Below are positions 50,801-62,732 of a stretch of DNA of 64,000 nt, in pieces. This DNA comes from Trichoplax adhaerens. Lineage: Eukaryota; Animalia; Placozoa. Under the pieces are notes generated by a model. That model searched no databases and was not told the DNA's origin. It worked only from the letters and a program-made list of their open reading frames with translations. The position numbers and the translations under genes are program-made. Numbering within the stretch: position 1 is the first letter of the stretch; each line of letters opens with the position of its first letter. Location: NCBI RefSeq assembly GCF_000150275.1, contig NW_002060946.1, forward strand, positions 3,367,454-3,431,453. Direction: 5' to 3'.

Positions 50801-53150
50801 AGTAAATCTAGATTTTGATAAAACTACTATCTTACATTTTTAAAGCTATATGAGTTACATACAATTATTGTATGGTTAATATACTGATCTATTATTATAA
50901 ATAATAATAGTGTAACATTTATATATATATATATGAACTATATATATCAGAGCGTAATATTAGACAACACCATGTCTTCGAAGTTTTATTCTCTGATTTT
51001 AATAAAATTTGAGATCTCTTTAGCCTAGCTCTGGAATTAATCCTGTCAATTAGCGGTTGTACGCACATCACTTTATAGATTATTAATATCTTTACATGCT
51101 CTCGCTCGAATGGATATTTATCTCCAAATGATATTGCGCAATTTGGAACTTTGAACAGGAGCTCAATATCATTAACCATAATATTTAATGTTTAATATTT
51201 TACCCTTACTCAATTTGTTTCTAATAAGCAACATTCAACTTTTAAAAATTTTCATTATATTGGATAAGATCATNTTGTTCATTTTCTTATACAATTGGCA
51301 CGATAGAATAGAAAATCCAAGCTCTTTATATGAATATCATTGACATTATATTGTATGCTTGTGTTAATTTTGGTTTTGGTGCATAATTATTCGCGAGAGA
51401 ATGTTTAAACTCTTAAGGTATCTTTATAGCTATACTATTATATAGCAGAACATAAAAATCCCTAACCGTAAATACATTTTTTAAAATATATTAAATTGTT
51501 ACAATATGATAACATAAGCTCTACGTATTTCAACTCACAAATTTTATAGACTGATCATGTATTTGTATACTTTCAGTTCTACAAGCAAATTACTACGATG
51601 CAAAGGCAGTGTAGAAACAGTAGTACACATACTGTATAAACCAACAACTTATAGTTAAGATCAGGACCGATATTATTTATACGACAAGTAATATCATAGT
51701 TTCGGTTTTATAACAAGCTAATTGATGGCAAACCATCATCTTTCTATTACTTCATCCTGACTTGAGCACAACATACTGTTTAAGTGACATTTACAACTCT
51801 TTCAGCCGATTATAACTGCTATATATATATATATATATTGAATGGAGTGAGATTCTCTTCTTGTATACGTAGTAGGAAGCCAACGCAAAAAGTTTTTTCA
51901 AATTTTTACGTACGATTATTACTTACTTAAGTGAACTTGTTAATATTAAACTGTTAGTTGATAGATACTATGACAGCTTAATTCGTTAAGCTTGTTTTCA
52001 CGATTAAATTAGCAGAGTTTAGATGCTATACAAATATGATAAGGTCAAGATGAAATCTAAAATAGACCTTTAAAGCAATCATGAATACTGCAGTAACTAC
52101 ATTCCAGGGTAACCTACTATTTAATCTCTATGACTGCAATATAATTACCACCTAGAATCAATTATTATTCAGCGATACACAGTACTGGTATTATTAGTAT
52201 AGCTAATAAACTATTAATTCTACACATACAGTACTTGCAATCTGAAGTACAATTTTGATTAATCGACTGTAATTCAGTCAATGACCTTGAATGTAGTAAA
52301 AATTATTTTACAGTCAATATCTCAGGATTTTTAGAAAGTTATTGATTGAGGTTTGTGAAACCAAAATTATTTTATCCGTATTCTAACCCGATAAAATACG
52401 GTACCATCACCTAAATTATAAAAGTAGACACAAAACTACCCAATAAGAATATCGATGCTACTACTGCAAGCAAGAGCATGAGATATTATTTGGCCTATCC
52501 ATGCTACCTATAGATAAGATATTTAACATAATGGGTATCAACATTTAAAGTAATAACTTTAGTATCTACTAACACAAGCCTCAGGATCTAATAGTGAGGT
52601 AAAGTAAAAGAAATGGCAATTTCGAGTATTTCTAAATAACGATAAGCTGGCATTTTCAAATATTACCTCTGAGCGTGCATTCTTAACAAAATTGAGCTAG
52701 GACGATTGTGCAACAGTTTATTATGGTATAAGACAAGCTTAAGGAGTATAGATGAAACCATCTTCGTTTTAGCTTAGGATCGTCAGTTCTATCTTTCATA
52801 TTAGTAATAGTAATTTTTCAATTTCTGAATAAATGACTAAATTTTAATTTACAATATCTTCAATCAAGAAACCCACCACTCACTTACCATCCATGCTTTA
52901 CTTTATAAAATTGTCTGATTTTAAAATACTTTACACCAATTCAACTTTATGGCCAACATTATGTGTATCTGCCGAAGGAGAAAAATCTACTTTATACCGA
53001 CATACTTTCATGATAAATAAGATTAAGATCAGCTATATCTAGCGCTTGAAATCAGAATTGTACTTTAGAATCCCCTCTATCTTAGCCTCTCTCCCGACAA
53101 GCAGTATGAAATCAGTGCCCTTTTATGCATGTTAATTATCTTGTGATTCA
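47880..53150 (-). pseudogene. BROMI/TBC1D32-like relic R12, near full length
   Basis: ALDIADLN..FLLRQIHIML (~GVDITNPN..RLLKKVRLL), DPKLKRRWFHLYS at ~52742-52781 (~DTKAVWFKKWMHAHYS), KTWCCLILRSDIYS (~KGAFISVCRHIYS), LLSLGYMNILRTCLSFIM (~LLLLQRTGAINECVTFIF), ILWQLASR..LKSRNVISN (~LVTRVAST..LKKSGFINE), LIKLVAL..LQLLF, TVFNAFIVNG at ~48092-48122 (~LVFSAFHMSG). Confidence 0.72.
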
Positions 53151-53399
53151 CAGTAGCCATTCCAATTAATAGTTGTTATAAATTTTCAAAGGCAAAATTA
53201 AATATACAGTATGCTATGAACTTAATTATAGTGTAATGTAACTTAGTATTGTTATTGTAAACTGTTAGCCATGTTTAGTATAATGTACGGTAGATATTTA
53301 TCCTAAGAGATATTTAAATGGTAGCCATAACTATAGACTGTAGTGGTATAGACTCTATGCTAGAGTACAGATGACTATATATAGTAAGGTGTTGAGTTA

Positions 53400-55700
53400 C
53401 TAATAAGGCTATAGGTAAAAATAGAACTGTAAATCATATATTAGGATATGGTTAATTCATTGTACTTGGGCTGGTGTGAACAATGTCTAGGTAAATACTG
53501 TAGTCGTATCCATATTGGATTAATGATGGTCCGCAGTAGAATAATAAGAATAATTTTACTATGTGTAAAATAAGGTAAAAGGTTGCCAAGCGGATTGTAG
53601 CTGCGAATGCTACGAACAGTATAAAAGCATGCAACTTTAGATTATTCTGTTAGTTCGTTCTAGAAGTCTTTAGTAGTAGTATTCGGCTAGAGTAGAGCTG
53701 AGTGTAGTTAATCTTTGTATAAGATTCAATAAAGCCCTTATTTTTCTAAAATTTGGAATTTCGTGATTGGTATATATCACAAATAGCAATACTCCGTTAC
53801 GTTCCGGTAACATTACTATTAACAAACTAACTCATAAATTCTAATAGTAGAATACGTCATACATCCAGTGCCCAATAAACTAAGTTCTAACAATATCTCT
53901 TTAAGTGCTACTAATAACCTTACAATTCGCGAAAATTGCTCTTTTACTTCAATTAATAGACTAACTTCCTACAATTTCTGGAAGTAGAACAGTAGCAATA
54001 CATAACTAGGAACATTTCTTTTTGTTATGATTTAATCCCAAAGGTTATTAATGAAAGAGCTTTGTCATAATTTTAGAAGCAATTTTAAAATTATCAAAAT
54101 TCATGCCTAGTAAATGTAACAATATATCTATAAGTAGGTGCTAATTAATTAGCTATAATGATATAAACTGTTTATTTATCTGATTAAATCTTGTAATAAT
54201 TGACATTAGTGGATAAATTACAACTAGTCCATGCAATGTCCGCTTTGCAAATAAAAAATATCTAGTTTCATCTTCCACTCCCAATATAATTTTATTTGAT
54301 ATACTGGTGGTAAAAAGCAAATTACGATATATTCATAAAATTAGATAAAATAAAATGCTTCAAATTACGTTGATACTCATTCTAATAGCATGATTTAATT
54401 AGGTCCATGTTATTTGCTTACTCATGATCTAAAATTATTCATTCTTGAAGATAAATTGCAACCGTATCATCGAGATTATACTCCTGCTATTGCTCTAATA
54501 GCAAGATCAAGTAGATGTGTGACTTTGTAATTTAATCGACGATTAAGTGTAAAGAATTCAGTTTAATTTAGAATATTAGTAACAAACGCAGCGAAAGTAA
54601 TAGCTCCTAATAAAGATTAATAAGGATATGGACTTTTATAATTTCTTAACGATAGTCTTCATTTGCTCATTCTTTTAGAGTTACCTGTGTCTCAATACTT
54701 CATGTCTAATACTAGTGCTGGATTGCATTGCTAACCTATAAACTGTGTGCGTTTCCATTTTAAAATCATTTAGTACCAGCATTCAGTAACAAAAACTGAC
54801 TGCTAAAAGGTGTAATTAATATCTGAACCATCATAACGTTCAAATTCTTATTATACTTATAGCCTATCAACTGCGGTAAATATCTACTAGCTTATTCGTT
54901 CATTCAGAATAGGTCATTACCTCAACATGATACTAATTATCATTTCTTGAATAAAATGAGAAATATAGCTGAAGTTAAGCTTTCTTGTCTAGAATTTGAA
55001 TAAGAGTAAATCCCATAACAATTGATCTAGCTAACCACTAGAGCCACAGTCCCATTATTAATGAACTAATATTATATTTTTTATAATAGGCGGGACATTG
55101 CTACAAAAGGGCTATTTCCTATTCTACACTTAATGATGTCTCTCATCGTGGAAATTCCCTAGAGACTTGAAATGATTGAAGAAAGATCCGTCTATAAAAA
55201 CAGTTTGAAAGCTAAAGAAACTAACTTAAATCATCACCATAATTGAAATATACTTCATTTAAATATTTTTTCATTTATTGTTATCCTTTATGATTTAGCT
55301 ATCTCCAATGGATGGTGATTATTTCCCATAATCTTATTTTAATTCTCAATCACAAACAGCTTTCATATAGATGCATTCCATCCATGAATGGAATTTTGAG
55401 AGCATTAATAACGTTACGATAGATCAAAGATTTTATAGCCAGGTTAAAATTATTAGTAATAATTTACCTTTATATCTCTATAGCGATTTCTTATTACGAT
55501 CTAATAGTAAATATCGCCATCCGTTCGTCAGTAGTAAGAATTTTAACATTCGTATTCTAAGAGTGTATAATCTAAGAGATAGACTAACCTTCTTTCCAGT
55601 TGTGTTACTAGAGAAAATTTTTAAACTTCAAGAATTTACTCTACCATAAAATTTAATTCTTCCACCTTCAAACTACGTAGAGAACTACAAAGATATTTAT
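53400..55700 (-). pseudogene. BROMI-like relic R13, tandem upstream of R12
   Basis: KFLLLTNGWRYL (~HIYSTCEGLQVL), KLLLIILTW..WMECI (~NLLDDLLHF..INECV), AVDRL, STSIRHEVLR (~LSVERNHVLV), LIQYGYDYSIYLDI in ORF 53452-53634 (~VFLGPDYQVYICI). Confidence 0.6.
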
Positions 55701-56049
55701 TGGTAGCTAGTAAACAATGTTATTTGTTCTTAATAATAATATACACAGTAACTGATAATTGGTAATAGTCGTACTTTTAAGCACTAGCATTTACTGTACT
55801 AGCTATTCACCCTAAAAATATTTAGCATTAATTAAGACAGTATTGACATTTCAATAGCCGTAGATCCATTCTACGAAACATTTGATATTAGTTGAATTCA
55901 ATTTGCATTTATGCAAATTTGGTAATTGGACTAGAATATTTTTGGGATTATGGCCTACATTAATCATCATCATTATTATTATTTATGAACAAAATCATCA
56001 TGTCTTAATTAATTAGCATAAAAACTAAAGAAACAAAAGTTAATAAACC

Positions 56050-59000
56050 GTTTACTATTGTCATTATCATCATACTGGTAATAATTATCATTAGACGAAT
56101 ACTCTGCAGGTGGTTATTCTTCTTATTACTTACGTCCAATAATGATTATAAAATGGACAAGAATGAAATAGGTTAAATTTCATCAGGATTAATACAAATC
56201 AACATCAAAGTCAAATGGACCAGAGGTAATATGTAATTAACAAATAATGATAGATGGTCTAATATGCGGGTATAATCTCTCCTCCTATTTTCTTCATATA
56301 ACTTCAAAAAATGACTGTAACTTTACATAACAGTATCCATACAACTGCATCATTAGATTGAATTAGTTAATTAAAATCTAAAATTCATACAATTTTTTAA
56401 TCTATCATGGTAAATTTACATCCATCGAAGGAACAATAATATGACTAGCTAGTTCATACCTATCCCTAAATATACAAACATATCTAAACAGTACTAGATA
56501 TATCTACATAGCTGTATATGATATATTGACATTTTCATTTTCAATAGATGGAGAAACGATTCTGTGAATATGCTTAGACTAAGAAATAAATAAGGTTTTT
56601 TCAATTAGAAATAACATAGCATAGAAATATTTTCCTATGCTATAAGTAAAAGAATAGATTTAATAAAGAAATAGAAGCAACCTATGCTATATTATCGTTC
56701 TCCTCAAACTACAGTGCAATTAGAACCAACATAGACTAATTAACAGTCTATCTATCATAAAGTAATACAAGTATATTACATTGTTGCAACCTAGACAGTG
56801 TATCATTCAAAATCTGTGTGAATCATCATTAATCAATGTACTCGTAATTATGATTATGATAGAATATGGCGTTGTTAGCATGATGCCTATGGTTTTGATT
56901 GTGGCTGGCGCCTCATCTTTTCATTACATTATACAATTAAATGAAGATTCAGTAGGAAGCCAAAGACGATGTTTACTATCAGGATACATTACTAATACCT
57001 ATATTCTATCATCATTGAATATAAAATCTGCATGATGCATTAGTCGCTAATTATTTAACATAGGAAAGATTTTTGTCTCCAAAACAGATCTCCGAATCCT
57101 TCAGATTTATTCCAATCTTCGATCTCGAACTTATTCTTTCCATCACCGTCGATTTTAGATTGATATTAAGGTAAGTTAACTACTATTTCATCCACCTTGA
57201 TGGCATGGTATGAAAGCCACTATAATATAGAATCAGTTTTGAAAAACTTAGCTCGAGGATAGTTAAAAATCTACTCTTTAATTTTGGAATTTATCCTTTA
57301 TATCTTTTAATTAACAGTAAATTAATTTTATTTAGGTTAAACTAGCAATCTTCTATTTAACTTATAACTTTATTCTTTCTATTAAATCGTATCTATCTTC
57401 TCCATTAATCGATTAATCCGGAATGGAACACTCCATCATACCTTACGTTACCTGTCATTATATTCCTTAATAAAATCAAAATCGTCCTTTGCTCAACTTT
57501 ATTTTGTAGTCCAATTATCCATGATGGATTCTTTAAAATCAAAAACCCATCTCTTGTCGTTTGATGTCCAGCCCTTTCCAAAGAACGATGGAAAATATAC
57601 TCTATGCTGTCAAAATAGCGTCCAGTGGTCATCTCTATCATTAGCAGATAATACTGTAAGTTTTTATTTGATGTATCCGACCTAATTAAAAATGCGACAA
57701 CTAAATCAATCTGCAATCTTTATGAGATTTGGAAGCACGATTTAAGGAACTATTCCTTCAATTTTTTAACAGCCAACTGACTTGTTCATAATCGATTATC
57801 GTTGTTATTCGCTATCATCATTTCATCAATTATCATTATCGCCTGCTATCTCTCTATATCAATTTACCTTCATATTAGAATTTTAGACATTAAAGTATTG
57901 AGTCGTTGATTCCTTTTTTGATTAGATACTCTATTCTGAAGAAGAAACGGTCTATCTCGAGAACCAACTCTTGGCTAGCTTATATGGCAGTCAGTTTTCC
58001 TCACCAACATCGCTATCATCAGGCGCATGTAATGTTCATCAATTGCTAGAGAAGGTTAGACTCTAAGAAAATAGCAGGAGTAGCAATAGTTAATCATAAT
58101 ACGATTTTAATTTCTACCTGAAGATTATACGAGCTATAGCACGACCATCCAAAGAGTTAAAGTATCAACTTTTTTTTATTGAGAAATATATCGATTTGAT
58201 CCTCTATCATTTTTGTTAAGCTACATTACGGTACTAGAATAGAACGGATAAGAAAATCACATTCATAAAGTTTTCTATATTGCTCTATGGGGAGGTTAAT
58301 TTCACTTAAATGAAAACTGCTCTTTCTAGATTCATGGTGTAAAAAATTTTTGATACAGTTTTGATATCTAAAGAATTAACCAGAACTCGCATTTCTACAC
58401 TACTCTATAGGGAGGTTGATAATATCCAAGTAGAAATTACTCAGACTAGATTCATCGTGTAATAAAGGAATGAAAAAGTTGTTCTTATCATCATTATTCT
58501 AAATAACAAAGTTAATTATAATATTAACAACTTATTTAAGCTAGCTGACCCCATTTCTGTCTTCTTTTTGTCTTAAAGTCTTGACTTAACAAGCCAATAA
58601 TCATACATAGGTTTAAAAGAGCTTTGATTAATCATTCTGCTGCATTCTATTTTATTATTTTTCAAATGTCATTTAGTAAACGATAAAGAATAATCGTATT
58701 TTCTCCACGATCGGATCAAGTTATTGCTATAATAAGTTTAATGCTGTATTAGAAGTTACCTTGAAAGGTTATAGAAAGAATTAGATGTAAATCTCTGTCA
58801 ACTTAGCAAAAGCGATCATACTACATTAAATTTAACGTTATGCTGTAGCAGAGATGATTTCAAATTCGCCGATATTATTTTAACACTATGGTTGAGTGAT
58901 GTTATTAATGAGGACAGTATAGTCATTATATATCCATACACGTACTTAAATTTAATTTTAGCCACGCTGCTCATTCCTCATTAACGAATTTTCGACCACT

Positions 59001-59400
59001 TTCATACCTGCTATAGAATCTAGTCAACACAAAGCCAGAACTAATTATATTGTAACCTGACGAATAGCCCTCCCCCAAATTTTTATGATAGAATGCTATT
59101 AAATCACTAATTAGTTAATTAATAAGATATCTTATTCGTTCACAATAATCATACAGAATACGTTAAATCAGTAAAATTACTGTAGGCGTTAATTTAGCTT
59201 AAAATGAAGTTCTACAGACTTTGCTTGATTATCAAGAAATTTAACATAGATAAAGGGTATAGGACTTTCGGAGGTACTTGCGTGGCATAAGGGATATCAA
59301 ATTAGATAAAAGAAGGGTAATAATAACAGATAAATGTTATATAGACTGTCTTAAAATAAAATTTAATTGATTGAGCATGATTATCGATGGTGAGTAGACG
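56050..59400 (-). pseudogene. BROMI-like relic R14, tandem upstream of R13
   Basis: KYVYGYIMTILSSLI (~EYIYFIHSLCLLGRLL), TTRDGFLILKN and ILLRNIMTG..FHSGLID in ORF 57405-57716 (~ATPKGLLLLQR, VLVTRVAST..KKSGFIN), DFIFNDDRI*VLV (~DFIIDGLSVERNHVLV), ILPLVHLTLMLICINPDEI at ~56176-56232 (~ELPLVFSAFHMSGFAPSQI). Confidence 0.65.
58280..58462. repeat. Direct duplication (~120 bp period x2)
   Basis: ctctatRgggaggtt..ctagattcatSgtgtaa occurs twice. Confidence 0.65.
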
Positions 59401-59469
59401 ACTGAGTAAGATAGTCCACTTGAGTAATACTAGATTAGCATGGAAGCTATTTAAAATAGAAATAACCAT

Positions 59470-59812
59470 CGATAAGATGCCTATATGAAGTAGCGATAGT
59501 TTCTCGTGGTTAATAAACTAGTTTACCACTAGACTATGAAGCTCTAAGCGGACAGAGATTAGATGTCTTACAGTAGCCAGACGATAATATTCCGAGAAAC
59601 CTATATGGAAGACAGGATTAGATGTCTTGCGGCAGCCGGCTAATTACGTACTGCGAAACTCATATGGAGTAGCAATAGATAGATAGTGATATATTTTTTT
59701 AACAAGTAAAATTAATTTACTATTAGGTTGTAAAGGTTAAAGTAGGCGTTATTCGATGCTTTGCATAGCTAGATAATTATATACCGAGAAACTCATATGG
59801 AGCAGCACTAGA
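59470..59812. repeat. Degenerate repeat cluster between the divergent heads of R14 and R15
   Basis: gattagatgtctt..agcc..gaaac(t)c.tatgga.(t/c)agca recurs 3-4 times. Confidence 0.55.
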
Positions 59813-61699
59813 AAGGTAATGGACTAACACCTTTAGAAATATTTATACCTTCCCTTTCTTAAAAAGGTCTGCATTGCAGATCTAGTTATGGGGCCATTAT
59901 TGCAAGCAATAAATGGGTTTATATAGAAAGATAGGCTAGATATGACTGAATTGTATCTGGTCAAATCAATTTTGGCCTATATTATGATCTATAGCATAAC
60001 ATGCACATAAGCTGATGTCTTTTGTCATAAATAGGTCATAAACTAATGCATTTTGACCATAAATGAATCACAAAAAATATGTATATAACTCTTTTTATTA
60101 CAAGGCTAAACCTAGGTATCATAAAACTCATTAATTAACGAAATGGATGATTCAATATGGTAATAATGTAAGTAGTATGAACTTTTTTTAATATATCAAG
60201 TCTATCAAAAGAAAATAATTTCATTTAAACTGACATTAGTTGGCGTTATGGACCCTATTACTTTTGAAATATCTTCCATCCTGTAAATTAAAATATCGTA
60301 AAAGATATGAATTGTATTTATAACGATTTGAAATTTAGAGCCTATATTAACAAGCAGAAAAGAAAAGAATATCCTTATCTCTCAGTTAAAAGTAGAATAC
60401 CTTTCTATTGATAGAAGGTAGCCATTTCTATTAATACGTAGCCTAAAACTGTTTTAGAATAGAAATTGGCATAGATTAAGATAAGCAAAAACAGGTAGAA
60501 TACTATCAATATTTATTGTAATCCCAACTGCAATGATTTTAGCAGTATTTTCGATAGAAAATAGGCGTTATTAACAAAATTAATACACCAAAATCCCCAG
60601 AAAAGAAGTATTAGGATCGATTGACTTTACTACATTAGACCTAAATTCAGTAGCAGCCATGCGTTACTTTAAAGCAAATTTGAATAGCTTTAGCAATGGC
60701 TGACAGAAGAGGGTACGCGTTAGCCCAGTATTAAAGTGTCATATCTCAAAGGCCTCATTACACAGATGGAATTGATCGCCTGTTTACTAATAAATGAGCA
60801 AGAAATATTCACGATCACCATCTAATCTCGCTTCTAGCTATGTTTAGACCAACAAATTTCGAAGATTGCTCTCGCTACTTCGCCAATTTCAAGGTCAATT
60901 GATCACGCGTCATTGTTTGACATGAAAAAAAGTGTTGACAATAAATTTTAAAGTAGAAAATTAATTCTGCTTTGAATAACGTTCACTTCGTAAGCTTAAG
61001 CCCAAATAGAATAAAATATTAGTGTTGATATTCAATAGACGTCTGCTTGAAATGAATATATGATGTCAATTATTATTCGTGCGAAAATAAAATAGACTAG
61101 GGAAGGGGGTATGTCGGCTAAGCTTTGGTATTTGAATAATGTTAACGGCCATGTTTGAAGATATCAGCAGATTGGTTAGAACTCAAGCTGGGATCCAAAT
61201 TTTGCAATTAAATAGTGACTGAATATTACTTGACAAAGTTTGGACATTGCATAGCCATCAAGATAGTACATTGGCGATAATGGAGTTATTGTCATTAAAG
61301 AACAACATGGCGAACACAGCTTGAAATTTACTGTTGCATCCAATTTCAATAATTAGTAGTTCAAGGACAGTCTGTAGAACAATCCATCACCAGTAGACAA
61401 TCAGCGTGAATTCGACGTCTTATTTTGATACACTTAGCTTCAATGCATATTTGAAAGACGCAGACTTTTCAACAAGTTAAAGATGGCTATGAAATAAACA
61501 AGAATCAATTAATGCAATGTTTAACTAATTGCTATGGTCATGTCACTATTGATTCTATGTTTTATTTTTCTTTCTGCTTATTCGATTGACATTATATCCG
61601 TCAACAAGAGAACTGAATAATACAACATTCCTGCTCTGACCTCTGCAACGTGATAAATAACAGTAATTAGCTATTAGGAATACCTAATAAGCTATGAAA

Positions 61700-62730
61700 T
61701 AAAAAATTAAGCTATGCTAATCAGTTACCTCGTCGTCTTTTGTATATTTTTAATTTTTCAATGCTTACTTCAAAGTTTGTAGTAACATCTTCACGTGCTA
61801 GACTGCAGCCGGTCTGCGGGACATCTCATCATTCACAATAAATCAACCGAAAAATGAAATACATTCAATCTACCACATTAATGCTCCTTATTCTATTCCT
61901 CTATTTGTTTTTAATTCCAACATCTCCTTCAAATATAAAATCAACCGAAGAAAGACTATTTCGTACCAATTTACTTTAATTCTTACGTGTAACTTAGAGT
62001 TCAATACTGGAAATAAGAAATGAGCTATAGAAAAAATAATTAATATACAAAAATCTGCCAATGCATAATTCATATTTTGTCCATTGGACTAAAATGTTAG
62101 AGCTGAACACTATAAAATAATAAGATTAAGATTAACCATCTGAGATAAGCTATCTGGGTCTATTTTACAATCTTCTATAGTGATGGCCTATAATGAAATA
62201 ATTAATATTCAAAACTGGTCAATTCATAATTCATATTCTGTCCATTAAACTAAATGTAAAAACTAAAGATTAAAAAATAAATTAAAATAAGATTGAAATT
62301 GTGAGATATCCAATCTTACCAATCTTACCAATCTGACAATCCTTCTATAATGATGACCTATAAAGAAATAATTTAATTTTCGAAATCGGTCAATTTATAA
62401 TATATATTCTGTCCATCCGACTAAAATATTAAAGCTAAACGCAATAAAAAAATTAAACTGAGATTGATCTTCTGAGATAACCTATCTGGGGTATTCTACA
62501 ATCTTTCTATAATGATGACCTGTAAAGAATTAGTTAATATTCAAAATTGGGCAATTTATAATTCATGTTTTGTCCATTGGACTAAAGTGTTAAATCTAAA
62601 AGCTATTAAAATTATTACATTAAAAATGACCTTTTGAAACGAATAATTTATCTATCTAGGTCTATTCTACAATCTTGCTATGATGATAACCTAGATACTA
62701 TGGCAATGTACTTAATTCTCGTTTCTAGGT
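61700..62730 (-). pseudogene. BROMI-like relic R16, antisense and nested within R15
   Basis: ORF 61888-62073 HFLFPVLNSK..KVNWYEIVFL resembles RKLFPIKLKN..LVSLIDLLVL; the repeat unit upstream reads KIDPDSL/LRWL (~LVD.KA.WFKKWM). Confidence 0.5.
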
Positions 62731-62732
62731 CA
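62030..62732. repeat. Tandem repeat, ~160-170 bp x4
   Basis: ataattcatattYtgtccatt..actaaa..tgagataa.ctatctggg..tacaatc..ctataatgatgaccta..aaYtggtcaatt recurs at ~62066, 62227, 62397 and 62558. Confidence 0.85.

Noticed and set aside
50919-51838. Two short (TA)n runs
   Set aside because: Ordinary microsatellites.
57510-57655. Plus-strand candidate exon with Ig-like DGKYTLCCQN and good splice signals
   Set aside because: No phase-compatible neighbouring exons; the opposite strand carries the colinear R14 relic.
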